Positions 18,668 to 30,640 of a DNA stretch of 64,000 nt are shown here, piece after piece (position 1 is the first letter of the stretch; each line of letters begins with the position of its first letter). Source of the DNA: an uncultured Verrucomicrobiae bacterium (GTDB lineage: Bacteria; Verrucomicrobiota; Verrucomicrobiia; Chthoniobacterales; Chthoniobacteraceae). A model generated the notes under the pieces. The model did no database searches. It was not told where the DNA came from and worked only from the letters and a program-made list of their open reading frames with translations. A program made the position numbers and the translations under genes. Location: positions 1,120,001 through 1,184,000 of the forward strand of contig CAVYKI010000009.1 in NCBI GenBank assembly GCA_963769025.1, given 5' to 3'.

Positions 18668-18770
18668 GATGCGACGACGATGCCGGGTTCTGACGAAAAA
18701 GGAAGGGCGGGCGAGCTTTCAACTGGGGGAATGCTCGCCCGCCCTCATAGGAGGAATCTGTTTCTCCGCG

Positions 18771-21257
18771 CTAAGCGGTCGGCGCCGGCTCGGAAGACTT
18801 CGCGGGCTTCGAGGCCTTGAAGGTGAGTCCCTTGTCGTCGGTGCTGACCTCGGTGGTGTCCCCGGGTTTGATGGTGCCCTTGAGCATCTCCTCGGCCATC
18901 GGGTCCTCGAGGTAGCGCTCGACGGCGCGGCGCATCGGACGCGCGCCGTAGGCCGGGTCGAATCCCTTTTCGATGAGGAAGTCGCGGGCCTTGTCGTCGA
19001 GGACGACCTTGATGTCCTTCTGCTTGATGCGCGCCACGAGCTTCGCGATCTCGAGCTCCACGATCTGCTGGAGGTCGGGTTTGCCGAGCTGGTGGAAGAC
19101 GATGAGGTCGTCGAAACGGTTGATGAACTCGGGCTTCAGCACGCGCTTCGCCTCGTTGAGCACCTTGCCCTTCATCGAGTCGTAAGTGCCGTCCTCACGG
19201 TCACCGCCGAATCCGAGCGTGACCTTCTTCATCTGCTCCGCGCCGATGTTGGTCGTGAGGATGATGATGGTATTGCGGAAGTCGATCTTCCGGCCGAGCG
19301 AGTCGGTGAGCTTGCCCTCTTCGAGCACCTGCAGGAGGAGATGCAGGACGTTCGGGTGCGCCTTTTCGATCTCGTCGAAGAGCACGACCGAATACGGACG
19401 GCGGCGCACCTGCTCGGAAAGCTGGCCGCCTTCGTCGTGACCGATGTAGCCGGGAGGCGAACCGACCAGACGCGAGATCGTGTGCTCCTCGCGATACTCC
19501 GACATGTCGAACTGGATGAGCGCATCGCGGTCGCCAAACATGTATTCGGCGAGCGTCTGCGCGAGGTAGGTCTTTCCGACGCCGGTCGGGCCGAGGAAAA
19601 TGAACGAGCCAATCGGACGCCGCGGATCCTTGAGATCCGCACGGCTGCGGCGGAGCGCCTTCGCCACGGCAATGACAGCTTCGTTCTGGCCGACGACCTT
19701 GCCCTTCAGCTCGGCCTCCATCTTCAGCAGCTTCTCGGTGTCCTCCTGCTCCATGCGGTGCAGCGGCACGCCGGTCCACTTCGCGACGACGACACGCATG
19801 TCCTCCTCGGTGACGACGATTTCCTTTTCCTCGCGCTTCTTTTCCCAGTCCTTGAGCACGGAGTCCTTCCGCTCCTTGGCCTGCTTTTCGGTGTCACGGA
19901 GAGCCGCGGCCTTCTCGAAGTCCTGCGCTTTGATCGCGCCTTCCTTCTGGGCCTTGATGGCTTCGATTTCCTTGTCGATGTCCTTGATGTCCGGCGGGCG
20001 CGTCATCGAGGCGATGCGTGCGCGGGAACCGGCCTCGTCCATCACGTCGATGGCCTTGTCCGGCAGGAAGCGCCCGGTGAGATACCGGTCGCTCAGTTCG
20101 GCGGCGGCCTTCACGGCTTCGTCGGTGATGCGCGCCTTGTGATGCTGCTCGTACTTGTGGCGGATGCCCTTCAAAATGAGGATCGTGTCCTCGACGCTCG
20201 GCGCCTCGACTTTCACCTGCTGGAAACGGCGCTCGAGCGCGGCGTCCTTCTCGATGTACTTGCGGTACTCGTTCAGCGTGGTCGCGCCGACGCACTGGAG
20301 TTCGCCGCGGCTGAGCGCGGGCTTGATGATGTTGCTCGCGTCCATCGCGCCTTCCGCGGAGCCCGCGCCGACGATGGTGTGCAGTTCGTCGATGAAAAGG
20401 ATGACGTTCTTCGTGCGGCGGATTTCGTCCATCACGGCCTTGATGCGCTCCTCGAACTGGCCGCGATATTTCGTGCCCGCGACCATGAGCGCGAGGTCGA
20501 GCGTGATCACGCGCTTGTCGCGCAGCAGCTCCGGCACGTTGCCCGCTGCGATTTCCTGCGCGAGGCCCTCGACGATGGCCGTCTTGCCGACGCCCGCTTC
20601 GCCGATGAGCACGGGGTTGTTCTTCGTGCGGCGGCAGAGGATCTGGATGACACGCTCGATTTCATTCGCGCGCCCGATGACCGGGTCCATGTCGCCCTTG
20701 CGCGCAAGCTCCGTGAGGTCGCGGCCAAATGCGCGGAGCGCGGGAGTCTTGCTGTCCTTCTTGCTGCCGGACTGCGGCGCTTCCTGCGGGGCATCCTGCT
20801 CGCCTTCCGGCGGCGTGAAATTCGGGTCGAGTTCCTTCAGGATTTCGTTCCGCGTGCGCTCGATGTCCACCTCGAGATTCTTCAGCACACGCGCGGCCAC
20901 GCCTTCGCCCTCGCGGAGCAGTCCGAGCAGGATGTGCTCGGTGCCGACGTAGCTGTGATTCAGCGCCTTCGCCTCCTTGCCCGCCAGCGCGAGCACCTTC
21001 TTCACGCGGGGCGTGTACGGGATGTTGCCGACCATCTTCTGGTCCGGCCCGCTGCCGACCTGTTTCTCGACTTCCATGCGGACGGTCTCGAGATCGAGGC
21101 CCATTTTTTGGAGGACGTTTACGGCGACGCCTTGGCCGAGTTTGATGAGGCCGAGCAGGAGGTGCTCGGTGCCGACGTAGTTGTGGTTGAACCGGTCGGC
21201 TTCCTTGCGGGCGAGTGCGAGGACCTGCTGCGCGCGGGGCGTGAAGTTATTCATCAT
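18771..21257 (-). CDS. clpC: ATP-dependent Clp protease ATP-binding subunit
   Basis: Two Clp-N repeats; GEAGVGKT and GPTGVGKT Walker A motifs; UVR-like middle domain (FEKAAALRD). Confidence 0.96.
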   Translation of the reverse strand: MMNNFTPRAQQVLALARKEADRFNHNYVGTEHLLLGLIKLGQGVAVNVLQKMGLDLETVRMEVEKQVGSGPDQKMVGNIPYTPRVKKVLALAGKEAKALNHSYVGTEHILLGLLREGEGVAARVLKNLEVDIERTRNEILKELDPNFTPPEGEQDAPQEAPQSGSKKDSKTPALRAFGRDLTELARKGDMDPVIGRANEIERVIQILCRRTKNNPVLIGEAGVGKTAIVEGLAQEIAAGNVPELLRDKRVITLDLALMVAGTKYRGQFEERIKAVMDEIRRTKNVILFIDELHTIVGAGSAEGAMDASNIIKPALSRGELQCVGATTLNEYRKYIEKDAALERRFQQVKVEAPSVEDTILILKGIRHKYEQHHKARITDEAVKAAAELSDRYLTGRFLPDKAIDVMDEAGSRARIASMTRPPDIKDIDKEIEAIKAQKEGAIKAQDFEKAAALRDTEKQAKERKDSVLKDWEKKREEKEIVVTEEDMRVVVAKWTGVPLHRMEQEDTEKLLKMEAELKGKVVGQNEAVIAVAKALRRSRADLKDPRRPIGSFIFLGPTGVGKTYLAQTLAEYMFGDRDALIQFDMSEYREEHTISRLVGSPPGYIGHDEGGQLSEQVRRRPYSVVLFDEIEKAHPNVLHLLLQVLEEGKLTDSLGRKIDFRNTIIILTTNIGAEQMKKVTLGFGGDREDGTYDSMKGKVLNEAKRVLKPEFINRFDDLIVFHQLGKPDLQQIVELEIAKLVARIKQKDIKVVLDDKARDFLIEKGFDPAYGARPMRRAVERYLEDPMAEEMLKGTIKPGDTTEVSTDDKGLTFKASKPAKSSEPAPTA

Positions 21258-21468
21258 GGTTTGGCTGAGCTAGCCCCATGCCTCGCCACCTTTGCTCCGC
21301 ACTTCGCGAGAGCTGGAGCGCTGCAACAGGGATGCGATGCACAGTGGAGTGCCTCCAGGATTTGCGCAAGGTGCGACATCGCGGCCCGGCGAAATATTTT
21401 TTTGGCGCAGAAGGTTTGTCACATCGGCGCACTTGCGTTCGCGTCCTCCGCGTGCAAAAAACGCACCG

Positions 21469-21942
21469 ATGAAACTCCCTTCCCTCCTCCTCGTCATTTT
21501 CTCGGCCGCCACGCTGTCCCTCCACGCGCAGGTCAGTCCGATCCGCATCGCAGTCGAGCAAGTCAGCAAGACCGAAACAAAGGACAAGACGGGACGCGAC
21601 AAGACGCAGATCCGATCCCTCAAGATTTCCCTCAACAACAATTCCGCAGAGACGTTCGAAAGTCTGATGGTCAAGTATTGGTTCCTCGGACGCGACGTGA
21701 AGGACCCCGCGACCAAAGTGGTCGCCGAGGGCGAACGCAAATCCGCGCTCACTCCGCGTGGCAAGGATCTGGTGGAAAGCGAATCCGTCTCCAAGCGCTA
21801 CGTCGAGGCGCACTCTGACAAGGGCAAGAAGGTCCCGGCCTCCGGCGAAAAAATCTCCGGCTACGCGGTGCGGGTGTTGAAGGACGGCAAGGTCCTCGCG
21901 GAGTATTACAGCGAGCCGTCTTACAAAACGCTCCTCAAGTAA
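21469..21942 (+). CDS. Hypothetical exported protein
   Basis: Signal peptide MKLPSLLLVIFSAATLSLHA; Lys-rich mature part. Confidence 0.8.
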   Translation: MKLPSLLLVIFSAATLSLHAQVSPIRIAVEQVSKTETKDKTGRDKTQIRSLKISLNNNSAETFESLMVKYWFLGRDVKDPATKVVAEGERKSALTPRGKDLVESESVSKRYVEAHSDKGKKVPASGEKISGYAVRVLKDGKVLAEYYSEPSYKTLLK

Positions 21943-21957
21943 GCCGTCGCGCCCGTC

Positions 21958-22602
21958 CTATTGCGCTCCGGCAAGGATCCCCTCGCCGTGCCGCTGGATC
22001 ATGATTCCGCGCACGATCGCCTGCGCGAGCTGCTCGCGATACGCCCCGCTGGCACAGCGCCGGCCCTCGACGGGATTGCTGAGATAGCCGCATTCCACGA
22101 GCACGGCCGGATACTCGGCCTTCTTCAGCACGCGGAAATTTGCCGTGCGGATTCCCCGCGACGACGTGCCGCGAATCGCGGACAGCTGGTTCAGGATGTT
22201 GCGCGCGATCTCCGCTGAACAACGCGAATTGTAATACACCTCCGCCCCACGAATCCGAGACTTCGGCGAGTGGTTGAAATGGACGCTGACGAAAATGACG
22301 TTGTGGTTGCGGTTCGAGATCGCGGCCCGGGTGTCGAGCGGGATGAACCGGTCATCGCTGCGCGTCATCACCGTCCGGAATCCCGCATCCGCCACCTTCG
22401 GGCGCAGCCGCATCACCACATCGAGCGTCGCGTCCTTTTCCCGGCCGGCGTAGCGGCTCGTCGCCCCGCTGTCGTGCCCGCCATGGCCGGCGTCGAGAAC
22501 CACGCCCGTAAACGTCCGGCTCGTATCCTTCACGCTCGATGCGCACGCGCCAAGCAGGCACGCGACGGCTACCGCTGCCAGCGACGCAACCGCACGGCGC
22601 AC
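21958..22602 (-). CDS. N-acetylmuramoyl-L-alanine amidase (Amidase_3), probable lipoprotein
   Basis: [40 protein letters not shown] lipobox. Confidence 0.92.
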   Translation of the reverse strand: MRRAVASLAAVAVACLLGACASSVKDTSRTFTGVVLDAGHGGHDSGATSRYAGREKDATLDVVMRLRPKVADAGFRTVMTRSDDRFIPLDTRAAISNRNHNVIFVSVHFNHSPKSRIRGAEVYYNSRCSAEIARNILNQLSAIRGTSSRGIRTANFRVLKKAEYPAVLVECGYLSNPVEGRRCASGAYREQLAQAIVRGIMIQRHGEGILAGAQ

Positions 22603-22639
22603 CTTGCCATGTGCTTTTGCTTCACCGAAGATTGCGGGA

Positions 22640-24904
<2,265 letters not shown>

Positions 24905-24924
24905 CCCAGTTCCCTCGCGACCGC

Positions 24925-25929
24925 CTACTTCGCCAGTTCCTTCACGAGCAGCCAGAGGGTGACCCGGCCGATGGTCTGGAGGCTGGCGGCGCTGAGTTTG
25001 TCCATCGTGTCGGCGGAGGTGTGCCAGGGCGGGTAGTCGAAATCGATGATGTCCATCGCCGGGATGCGCGCGATGCGCTGCAACGACGTGTGGTCGTCGA
25101 TGATTTCACCGGCCGCATAGCCGAAGTTCCGCCGTACGCCGAGCGCCTCGGCAGCGGCAAACACACCGCTCGCGAGCGACGCTGGCGTATCGCGCGGGAG
25201 CGTGACGGTGAGGTCGGCATCGCCGATCATGTCCCACACGATGGCGAAGCGGAACTGTGCGGCGCGGCCGGTTTCGCGGAGCGCGTGTGCGTAGTGCCGG
25301 CTGCCGATGAGGCCGTCCGGTCCGATTTCCGGCGGGCCGTATTGTGCGACGGCTTCCTCGCCGTCGAAAAAAACCAGCTCGATGCGCGACGCGAGAGCCG
25401 GCGCGGTGGCGAGGACGCGGGCGAGTTCCAGCAGCGCGCCGGTGGAGGAGCCGGCGTCGTTTGCGCCGACAAAGCGGATGCCGTCCATGCGCTTCGTATC
25501 GTAGTGAGAGCCGATGATGGCGCGCTGTGTGTCCCTCGGCGCGGGTGTCTTTCCATCGGCGGGAAAACGGGCGATCACATTGACAAAATGAAGGCTCCCC
25601 TGCCCCGGAACCGGAACGTGGTCGAATGCCTGCATCTCGACTTCCCAGCCGGATTTTTTCAGCGAGTCCTCGATGTGTCCGCGTGCCCTGGTGATCGCGG
25701 CGGACCCCGAAGGACGGGGGCCGAAGCCGACCTGCGCCTCCACTTCCCGGAGGGCATTTGCGCCGGAAAATTGCTCCCACAACCGCGGCGGCACTTCGGC
25801 TCGCGTGGCACCGTCGCCTTTCGCATCCTCCTTCTTTTCCGGTGAGCAGCCCGCGCACGCCACGAGCGCGGCGGCGAGCATGACACCGAGCGCACGCAGC
25901 GGAAACAAGAAGACCTGCCGTAACGCCAC
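24925..25929 (-). CDS. M28-family peptidase / glutaminyl cyclase-like lipoprotein
   Basis: SHYDTK, GANDAGS, FFDGEEA, DMIGD, DDH, WHTSADT. Confidence 0.9.
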   Translation of the reverse strand: MALRQVFLFPLRALGVMLAAALVACAGCSPEKKEDAKGDGATRAEVPPRLWEQFSGANALREVEAQVGFGPRPSGSAAITRARGHIEDSLKKSGWEVEMQAFDHVPVPGQGSLHFVNVIARFPADGKTPAPRDTQRAIIGSHYDTKRMDGIRFVGANDAGSSTGALLELARVLATAPALASRIELVFFDGEEAVAQYGPPEIGPDGLIGSRHYAHALRETGRAAQFRFAIVWDMIGDADLTVTLPRDTPASLASGVFAAAEALGVRRNFGYAAGEIIDDHTSLQRIARIPAMDIIDFDYPPWHTSADTMDKLSAASLQTIGRVTLWLLVKELAK

Positions 25930-25933
25930 GATG

Positions 25934-26821
25934 CTATTCCTCGTCGGGAATGCCGATGAGTTTCAGAAGCCGCTGGAGGTCGTCGTTGCCGTAGTACTCG
26001 ATCTCGATGCGCCCCTTCTTCTCCCCGTGGTGCATCGCGACCTGCGTGCCGAGATGCTGCCGCAGCCGGTTTTGCAAATGCGCGATGGCCGGCTCCAACT
26101 GCGGGCTGCTGGATGCGCCGCGCTTGGGTTTTCTTGTGCCGTTGCCGGCGAAGTGATCCGCGACGAGGCGCTCGGCGCCGCGCACGGTGAGGCCGCGCCG
26201 GAGCGATTCCTCCGCGAGCGCGAGCTGCTCCTCGTGGCCCTTTGCACTGAGCAGGACCTTTGCGTGCCCGACGCTGAGGCGCTGCTGGACGACCCACGTC
26301 TGCACCTGCGGATGCAGGTCGAGCAGGCGCATCGAGTTCGCGACGGCCGCGCGGCTCTTGCCGACCTTTTGCGCGATGTCCTCCTGCTTGAGATGGAAAT
26401 CCGTGGCGAGCCGCTGGAATGCGCGCGCCTCTTCGATCGCGTTCAGATCCTCGCGCTGGAGATTTTCGATGAGGGCGAGTTCGAGCACGTCCTGGTCGCT
26501 CGCCTCGCGGACGATGACGGGCGCCTCCTTCAGCCCGACGCGCTGCGCGGCACGCCACCGGCGCTCGCCAGCGACGAGTTCAAATTTTTCCCCCGCACGG
26601 CGGACGATGAGCGGCTGGATGACGCCCTTCTCGCGGATGCTCTCGGCGAGTTCCTGGAGGTTCTCGTCGCGGAATTCCGTGCGCGGCTGCCACGGGGACG
26701 GGATGATTTGATCGATGGGAACAGTCTGGATCCGCTCACCATCCTCGGGACGAGGCGTGGGCGACGCGACGCGCGGATTGATGAGCGCGCTGAGACCTTT
26801 TCCAAGGGCGGGTTTGACCAT
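25934..26821 (-). CDS. parB: Chromosome partitioning protein ParB/Spo0J
   Basis: LGKGLSALI, QPR..F, AGERRWRA, ENLQREDL, HTH VGKSRAAVANSMRLL. Confidence 0.96.
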   Translation of the reverse strand: MVKPALGKGLSALINPRVASPTPRPEDGERIQTVPIDQIIPSPWQPRTEFRDENLQELAESIREKGVIQPLIVRRAGEKFELVAGERRWRAAQRVGLKEAPVIVREASDQDVLELALIENLQREDLNAIEEARAFQRLATDFHLKQEDIAQKVGKSRAAVANSMRLLDLHPQVQTWVVQQRLSVGHAKVLLSAKGHEEQLALAEESLRRGLTVRGAERLVADHFAGNGTRKPKRGASSSPQLEPAIAHLQNRLRQHLGTQVAMHHGEKKGRIEIEYYGNDDLQRLLKLIGIPDEE

Positions 26822-26949
26822 GCGCGAGACGCTAGTACGCGGATTCGGACGGGGCAATGCGAATCGCTAACGGCAAATTCACGACGCGGGATTTTTTCCA
26901 AGGCGGCTTGCGTTTGCGGATAAAGCCAGCGACACCAACCCGCTCACAC

Positions 26950-27642
26950 ATGAAAACCCTCATTGCATTGTTCACCCTCGGCACGCTCGCATTTGCGGGC
27001 GAAAAGCAACTTTTCAACGGCAAGGATCTCGACGGATGGGATGGCAACATGAAGCTCTGGTCCGTGCAGGACGGCGCCATCACCGGCAAGACCGGCAGCG
27101 AGGGCGACACGAAGATCGGCCACAACACCTTCCTCGTCTGGAAGGGCGGCAACGTCTCGGATTTCGAGCTCACTTTCAAATACCGGATCGAGAAGGGAAA
27201 CAGCGGCGTGCAGTACCGCTCCAAGGCGCTGGCGCCGGGAGCAGCCGGGCCGATCATCAGCGGCTATCAGGCGGATTTCGAGGCGGGGAAAACCTACAGC
27301 GGCATCCTGTATGAAGAGAAAGGCCGTGGCATCCTCGCCAAGCGCGGGGAGAAAACCAAGGTCGCCACGGATCCGGATGGGAAGAAGCACAAGGTCGAGG
27401 TGACCGGGAGCGTGGGCGATTCGAACGAGATTCAGGCCTCGATCAAGGCCGAGGACTGGAACGATTACAAGATCGTCGCCAAGGGCAATCACCTTCAGCA
27501 CTTCATCAACGGCAAGCAGACCGTGGATGTGACGGACGAGCACGCGGGCGCCGCAAAGGAGGGCCTCCTCGCGCTGCAGATCCACGCCGGCCCGGCGATG
27601 GTGGTGCAGTTCAAGGACATCGTCCTGAAGACACAGGACTAG
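26950..27642 (+). CDS. DUF1080 (3-keto-disaccharide hydrolase-like) protein
   Basis: LFNGKDLDGW, GNSGVQYRS, GYQAD, WNDY.I, LALQIH. Confidence 0.93.
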   Translation: MKTLIALFTLGTLAFAGEKQLFNGKDLDGWDGNMKLWSVQDGAITGKTGSEGDTKIGHNTFLVWKGGNVSDFELTFKYRIEKGNSGVQYRSKALAPGAAGPIISGYQADFEAGKTYSGILYEEKGRGILAKRGEKTKVATDPDGKKHKVEVTGSVGDSNEIQASIKAEDWNDYKIVAKGNHLQHFINGKQTVDVTDEHAGAAKEGLLALQIHAGPAMVVQFKDIVLKTQD

Positions 27643-28531
27643 AGCGTGTCATGCACTTGGGTTGAAAGAAAGGTCTGTACTTTGTAAATACATCCCGGCA
27701 TCAGGCTCGGGATGGCACACAAAACTGACCAAAAGAAAACGTATCCGAGCGACGTCACCGACGAGGAGTGGGCGTTTTGCGCACCGTACCTGACGCTGAT
27801 GAATGAGGAAGCTGCGCAGAGAAAGCATGCATTGCGCACGGTGTTCAACGGGCTGCGTTACATGGTGCGTGCGGGCTGCCCGTGGCGGATGCTGCCGCAC
27901 GACCTGCCGCCCTGGCAGGCGATCCAGCAGCAGACGCTGCGTTGGATCGCGGCGGGGATTTTCGAGGACATGGCGGCGGACCTGCGGCGCATCCTGCGCT
28001 TGATCCTGGAACGCGCGGAGGAGCCGAGCGCGGTGGTCCTTGATGGACGGACGGTGCAATCCACGCCCGAGAGCGGGGCGCGCGCGGGCTATGACGGGCA
28101 CAAGCGGCGCAAGGGTTCGAAGGTGCATATCGCGGTGGACACGCTCGGACATTTGCTGGCGCTGCGCGTGACCAGCGCCGACCAGCAGGAGCGCGCGCAA
28201 GTCGAGGCGCTGGCCAAAGAAGTGCAGCAAGCCACCGGGCAGAGCGTCGGGCTGGCGTATGTGGACCAAGGCTACACCGGCCGGGACGCGGCGGACGCCG
28301 CCGCAGCGCAGGGCATCCAGCTCGAAGTGGTCAAACTCAGCACGGCCAAGCGCGGGTTTGTCCTCCTGCCCAGGCGCTGGGTGGTGGAACGTTCCTTCGC
28401 CTGGATGGCGCGCTTCCGCAGACTGGCCAAGGACTACGAACGATTGCCCCAAACTTTTGCCGACCTTCACTGGCTGGCCTTCATTACCCTCATGCTCGGC
28501 TCGCTCTTCCGTCAAAGTGCATGACACGCTC
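27642..28531 (+). mobile_element. IS5-family insertion sequence, ~890 bp
   Basis: Perfect terminal inverted repeats GAGCGTGTCATGCACTT / AAGTGCATGACACGCTC. Both ends are embedded in CTAG (TA or CTAG target duplication). Confidence 0.95.
27712..28524 (+). CDS. IS5-family transposase
   Basis: YPSDVTDEEW, GCPWRMLPHD, VLDG, VDQGY, RWVVERSFAW..RFRRL.KDYE. Confidence 0.96.
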   Translation: MAHKTDQKKTYPSDVTDEEWAFCAPYLTLMNEEAAQRKHALRTVFNGLRYMVRAGCPWRMLPHDLPPWQAIQQQTLRWIAAGIFEDMAADLRRILRLILERAEEPSAVVLDGRTVQSTPESGARAGYDGHKRRKGSKVHIAVDTLGHLLALRVTSADQQERAQVEALAKEVQQATGQSVGLAYVDQGYTGRDAADAAAAQGIQLEVVKLSTAKRGFVLLPRRWVVERSFAWMARFRRLAKDYERLPQTFADLHWLAFITLMLGSLFRQSA

Positions 28532-28576
28532 TAGGCGCGAGCCTCACCCGTCCGCTTCGGCTCCCGGCGTAGCCGG

Positions 28577-28661
28577 GGCCGGAATTCGAAGGCGGAGGAC
28601 CGGCACAACTGTCAGCCCAATGTCAGTTGCACCGGAGGATCCCCGCCTCCGAATTCCGGCC
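28577..28661. repeat. Long imperfect palindrome (85 bp) between convergent genes
   Basis: GGCCGGAATTCGAAGGCGG pairs with CCGCCTCCGAATTCCGGCC (1 mismatch); inner arms CCGGCACAACTG / CAGTTGCACCGG. Confidence 0.8.
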
Positions 28662-28670
28662 TCGGTAAAA

Positions 28671-30014
28671 TCATGCGCTCTTGCGGATGGTCGCCGCATC
28701 GCCGGACAGCACGTCGCCCACGGTCCGGACGAGCTTGGAAATCTCGTACGGCTTGGCCACCGCGGCGCCGAATCCGTGCTTGCGGCAATCGCGCATCACC
28801 GGATCGCCGTCGTATCCGCTGGAGACGATGGCCTTGATGTCCGGGTCGATGGTCCGCAGCTTTTGCAGCGCCTGGATGCCATTCATGTCTCCTGGCAGGC
28901 TGAGGTCGCAAATCACGAGTGAGAATGGCTGGCCTGAACGCGTCGCCTCCTCGCAGGCTTGAATCGCGATCGCCGTGGAAGTCGCCGGCGTCACTTCAAA
29001 TCCCGACGCGTCGAGCGCGCTCGCCACGAGGAGACAGATGGCCTCCTCGTCATCGAGAATCAAAATGCGCGACGGACCGGAAGGATGGGACGATTCCAGC
29101 TTCGGCGCCGCCTGCATGATTGGCATCGGCAAAATCGTGCAGCCCACATCGGCCCTCCCGGACGAGACCGTTTCGTCACCTTCGCCCGGTTGGATGAGGG
29201 ACTGCAGTTTCTGGCTGAGCACCTGCGCGCGGACGGCGGTCTTCTTGGCAGTCAGCACGCGCCCGTGCGTCGCCGGGTCGCCGGGCCTGGCCATCAGGAT
29301 GAGGGACAGATTGCCGAGCACCGAAGTGAGCTCGTTGTTCAGGTCATGCGTGAATTTCCCGACGGCGTCGTTCAATTCCAATTTCCGAGGCGACTTCTTC
29401 AGCGGATCACGGGGAAATGCCTCCCGGGTCTCGTGAAGGATCGCCAGGTAGCCCCTGCCGCCGTTCATATCGACCGGCGAAAGCAGCATCTCCACCTGCG
29501 CAAATGCCTCCTCGCCGCGCCGTGCGGTCGTTTCAAAGTTTGCAGGCCCGTGCTTCGTCAGTTCACCCAGGGACAGCGGTTGCGCCATGACCTTCGTGAG
29601 TGGTTCGCCGATGAATTCCTCCGCGTCCCGGTCAAACAGTTCCTCCGCTGCCGGATTCGCCGCGCGGATGCTGCCCTCCGAGGAAAGCACAAGCACCGCC
29701 TCGTCGGTCATCATCAGCAGCGCGCGCAATTCCGCCTCCGCGTTTTCAGCACGGCGGCGCAGTTCCTCCTCCCGCTGATGCATGTGCCGGTAAAGAAGCG
29801 CCGCCGAAAGTCCGAGAATCCCGGCACCCACCGCGAGGATCGCCGTGAAAGCCGATTCCGGCGCGATCTCCACAGCCGCGATGGCGTGTCCGTGAAAAGG
29901 GCCGGCAAGCAGGGCTGCACAACCGAACGCGTGGCCTCCCACGGGTTTCTTCGCCGGTTTGGCAAAGGCTCGGATCGAGCGAGCTAGGATGGACTGACTG
30001 GGCTGTTTTCGCAT
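28671..30014 (-). CDS. TM-PAS-HisKA-like-REC signalling protein lacking an HATPase domain
   Basis: ANPAAEELF (PAS), FTHDLNNELT (H-box), ILILDDEE...CDLSLPG...KPY (REC); no N/G1/F/G2 boxes. Confidence 0.85.
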   Translation of the reverse strand: MRKQPSQSILARSIRAFAKPAKKPVGGHAFGCAALLAGPFHGHAIAAVEIAPESAFTAILAVGAGILGLSAALLYRHMHQREEELRRRAENAEAELRALLMMTDEAVLVLSSEGSIRAANPAAEELFDRDAEEFIGEPLTKVMAQPLSLGELTKHGPANFETTARRGEEAFAQVEMLLSPVDMNGGRGYLAILHETREAFPRDPLKKSPRKLELNDAVGKFTHDLNNELTSVLGNLSLILMARPGDPATHGRVLTAKKTAVRAQVLSQKLQSLIQPGEGDETVSSGRADVGCTILPMPIMQAAPKLESSHPSGPSRILILDDEEAICLLVASALDASGFEVTPATSTAIAIQACEEATRSGQPFSLVICDLSLPGDMNGIQALQKLRTIDPDIKAIVSSGYDGDPVMRDCRKHGFGAAVAKPYEISKLVRTVGDVLSGDAATIRKSA

Positions 30015-30029
30015 GGCTGCCTCCGAGAG

Positions 30030-30046
30030 AGCCAGCCACGTGCCAA
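30030..30046 (-). promoter_or_regulatory. Sigma54-type (-24/-12) promoter
   Basis: Minus strand TTGGCACGTGGCTGGCT matches TGGCACG-N4-T(T>G)GCW, directly upstream of the ATG at 30014. Confidence 0.6.
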
Positions 30047-30067
30047 ACTATGACAATTATAATCCGT

Positions 30068-30592
30068 CTAGTAAATCACCATGCTTACCACTGGAGTAGG
30101 GCAGACATTCTTCCGCCCATCGAGAAACCCCAGTTCCATCAAAAACTGCGCCCTCACCACCTCAGCACCACTTTGGCCGAGGAGTTTCACTGCCGCAGCT
30201 GCCGTTCCGCCGGTTGCAAGCACATCATCGATCAACGCCACCTTCTCCCCTGGCTCCACCCCGTCCACATGCATCTCCACGACAGACTCGCCATATTCGA
30301 GCGTGTAGGCCGCCGAACGCGTCGTCCAAGGGAGCTTGCCCTTCTTGCGGATCGGGATGAACCCGAGCCCAAGTTTGTACGCCACCGCGCCTGCGAAGAT
30401 GAAGCCCCGCGCGTCGATCCCGACCACCTTCGACACACCAAGGCCGCTCAGTTCATCCGCAAACCGATCCACGACGTCCTGAAACAGCTTTCCGTCGGAA
30501 AGCACGGGAGTGATGTCTTTAAAAACGATTCCCGCTTTTGGGAAATCTTGCACGTCGCGGATGGCGGCACGGAGCCGGGCGTTAAAGTCCAT
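30068..30592 (-). CDS. apt: Adenine phosphoribosyltransferase
   Basis: DFPKAGIVFKDIT, GIDARGF, RKKGKLP, LIDDVLATGGT. Confidence 0.97.
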   Translation of the reverse strand: MDFNARLRAAIRDVQDFPKAGIVFKDITPVLSDGKLFQDVVDRFADELSGLGVSKVVGIDARGFIFAGAVAYKLGLGFIPIRKKGKLPWTTRSAAYTLEYGESVVEMHVDGVEPGEKVALIDDVLATGGTAAAAVKLLGQSGAEVVRAQFLMELGFLDGRKNVCPTPVVSMVIY

Positions 30593-30640
30593 GGATTGCA
30601 TTTGGCAGAGCGCGGGCCGCGGCGCAAGTCCGACGCAGCG

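Noticed and set aside
17784..21818. 1344-aa plus-strand ORF (likewise 103..1989, 8257..10503, 14258..16516, 30050..33337, 60041..62155 and the 5' part of 52140..55004)
   Set aside because: Antisense shadows of well-supported genes in high-GC DNA, with no recognisable motifs.
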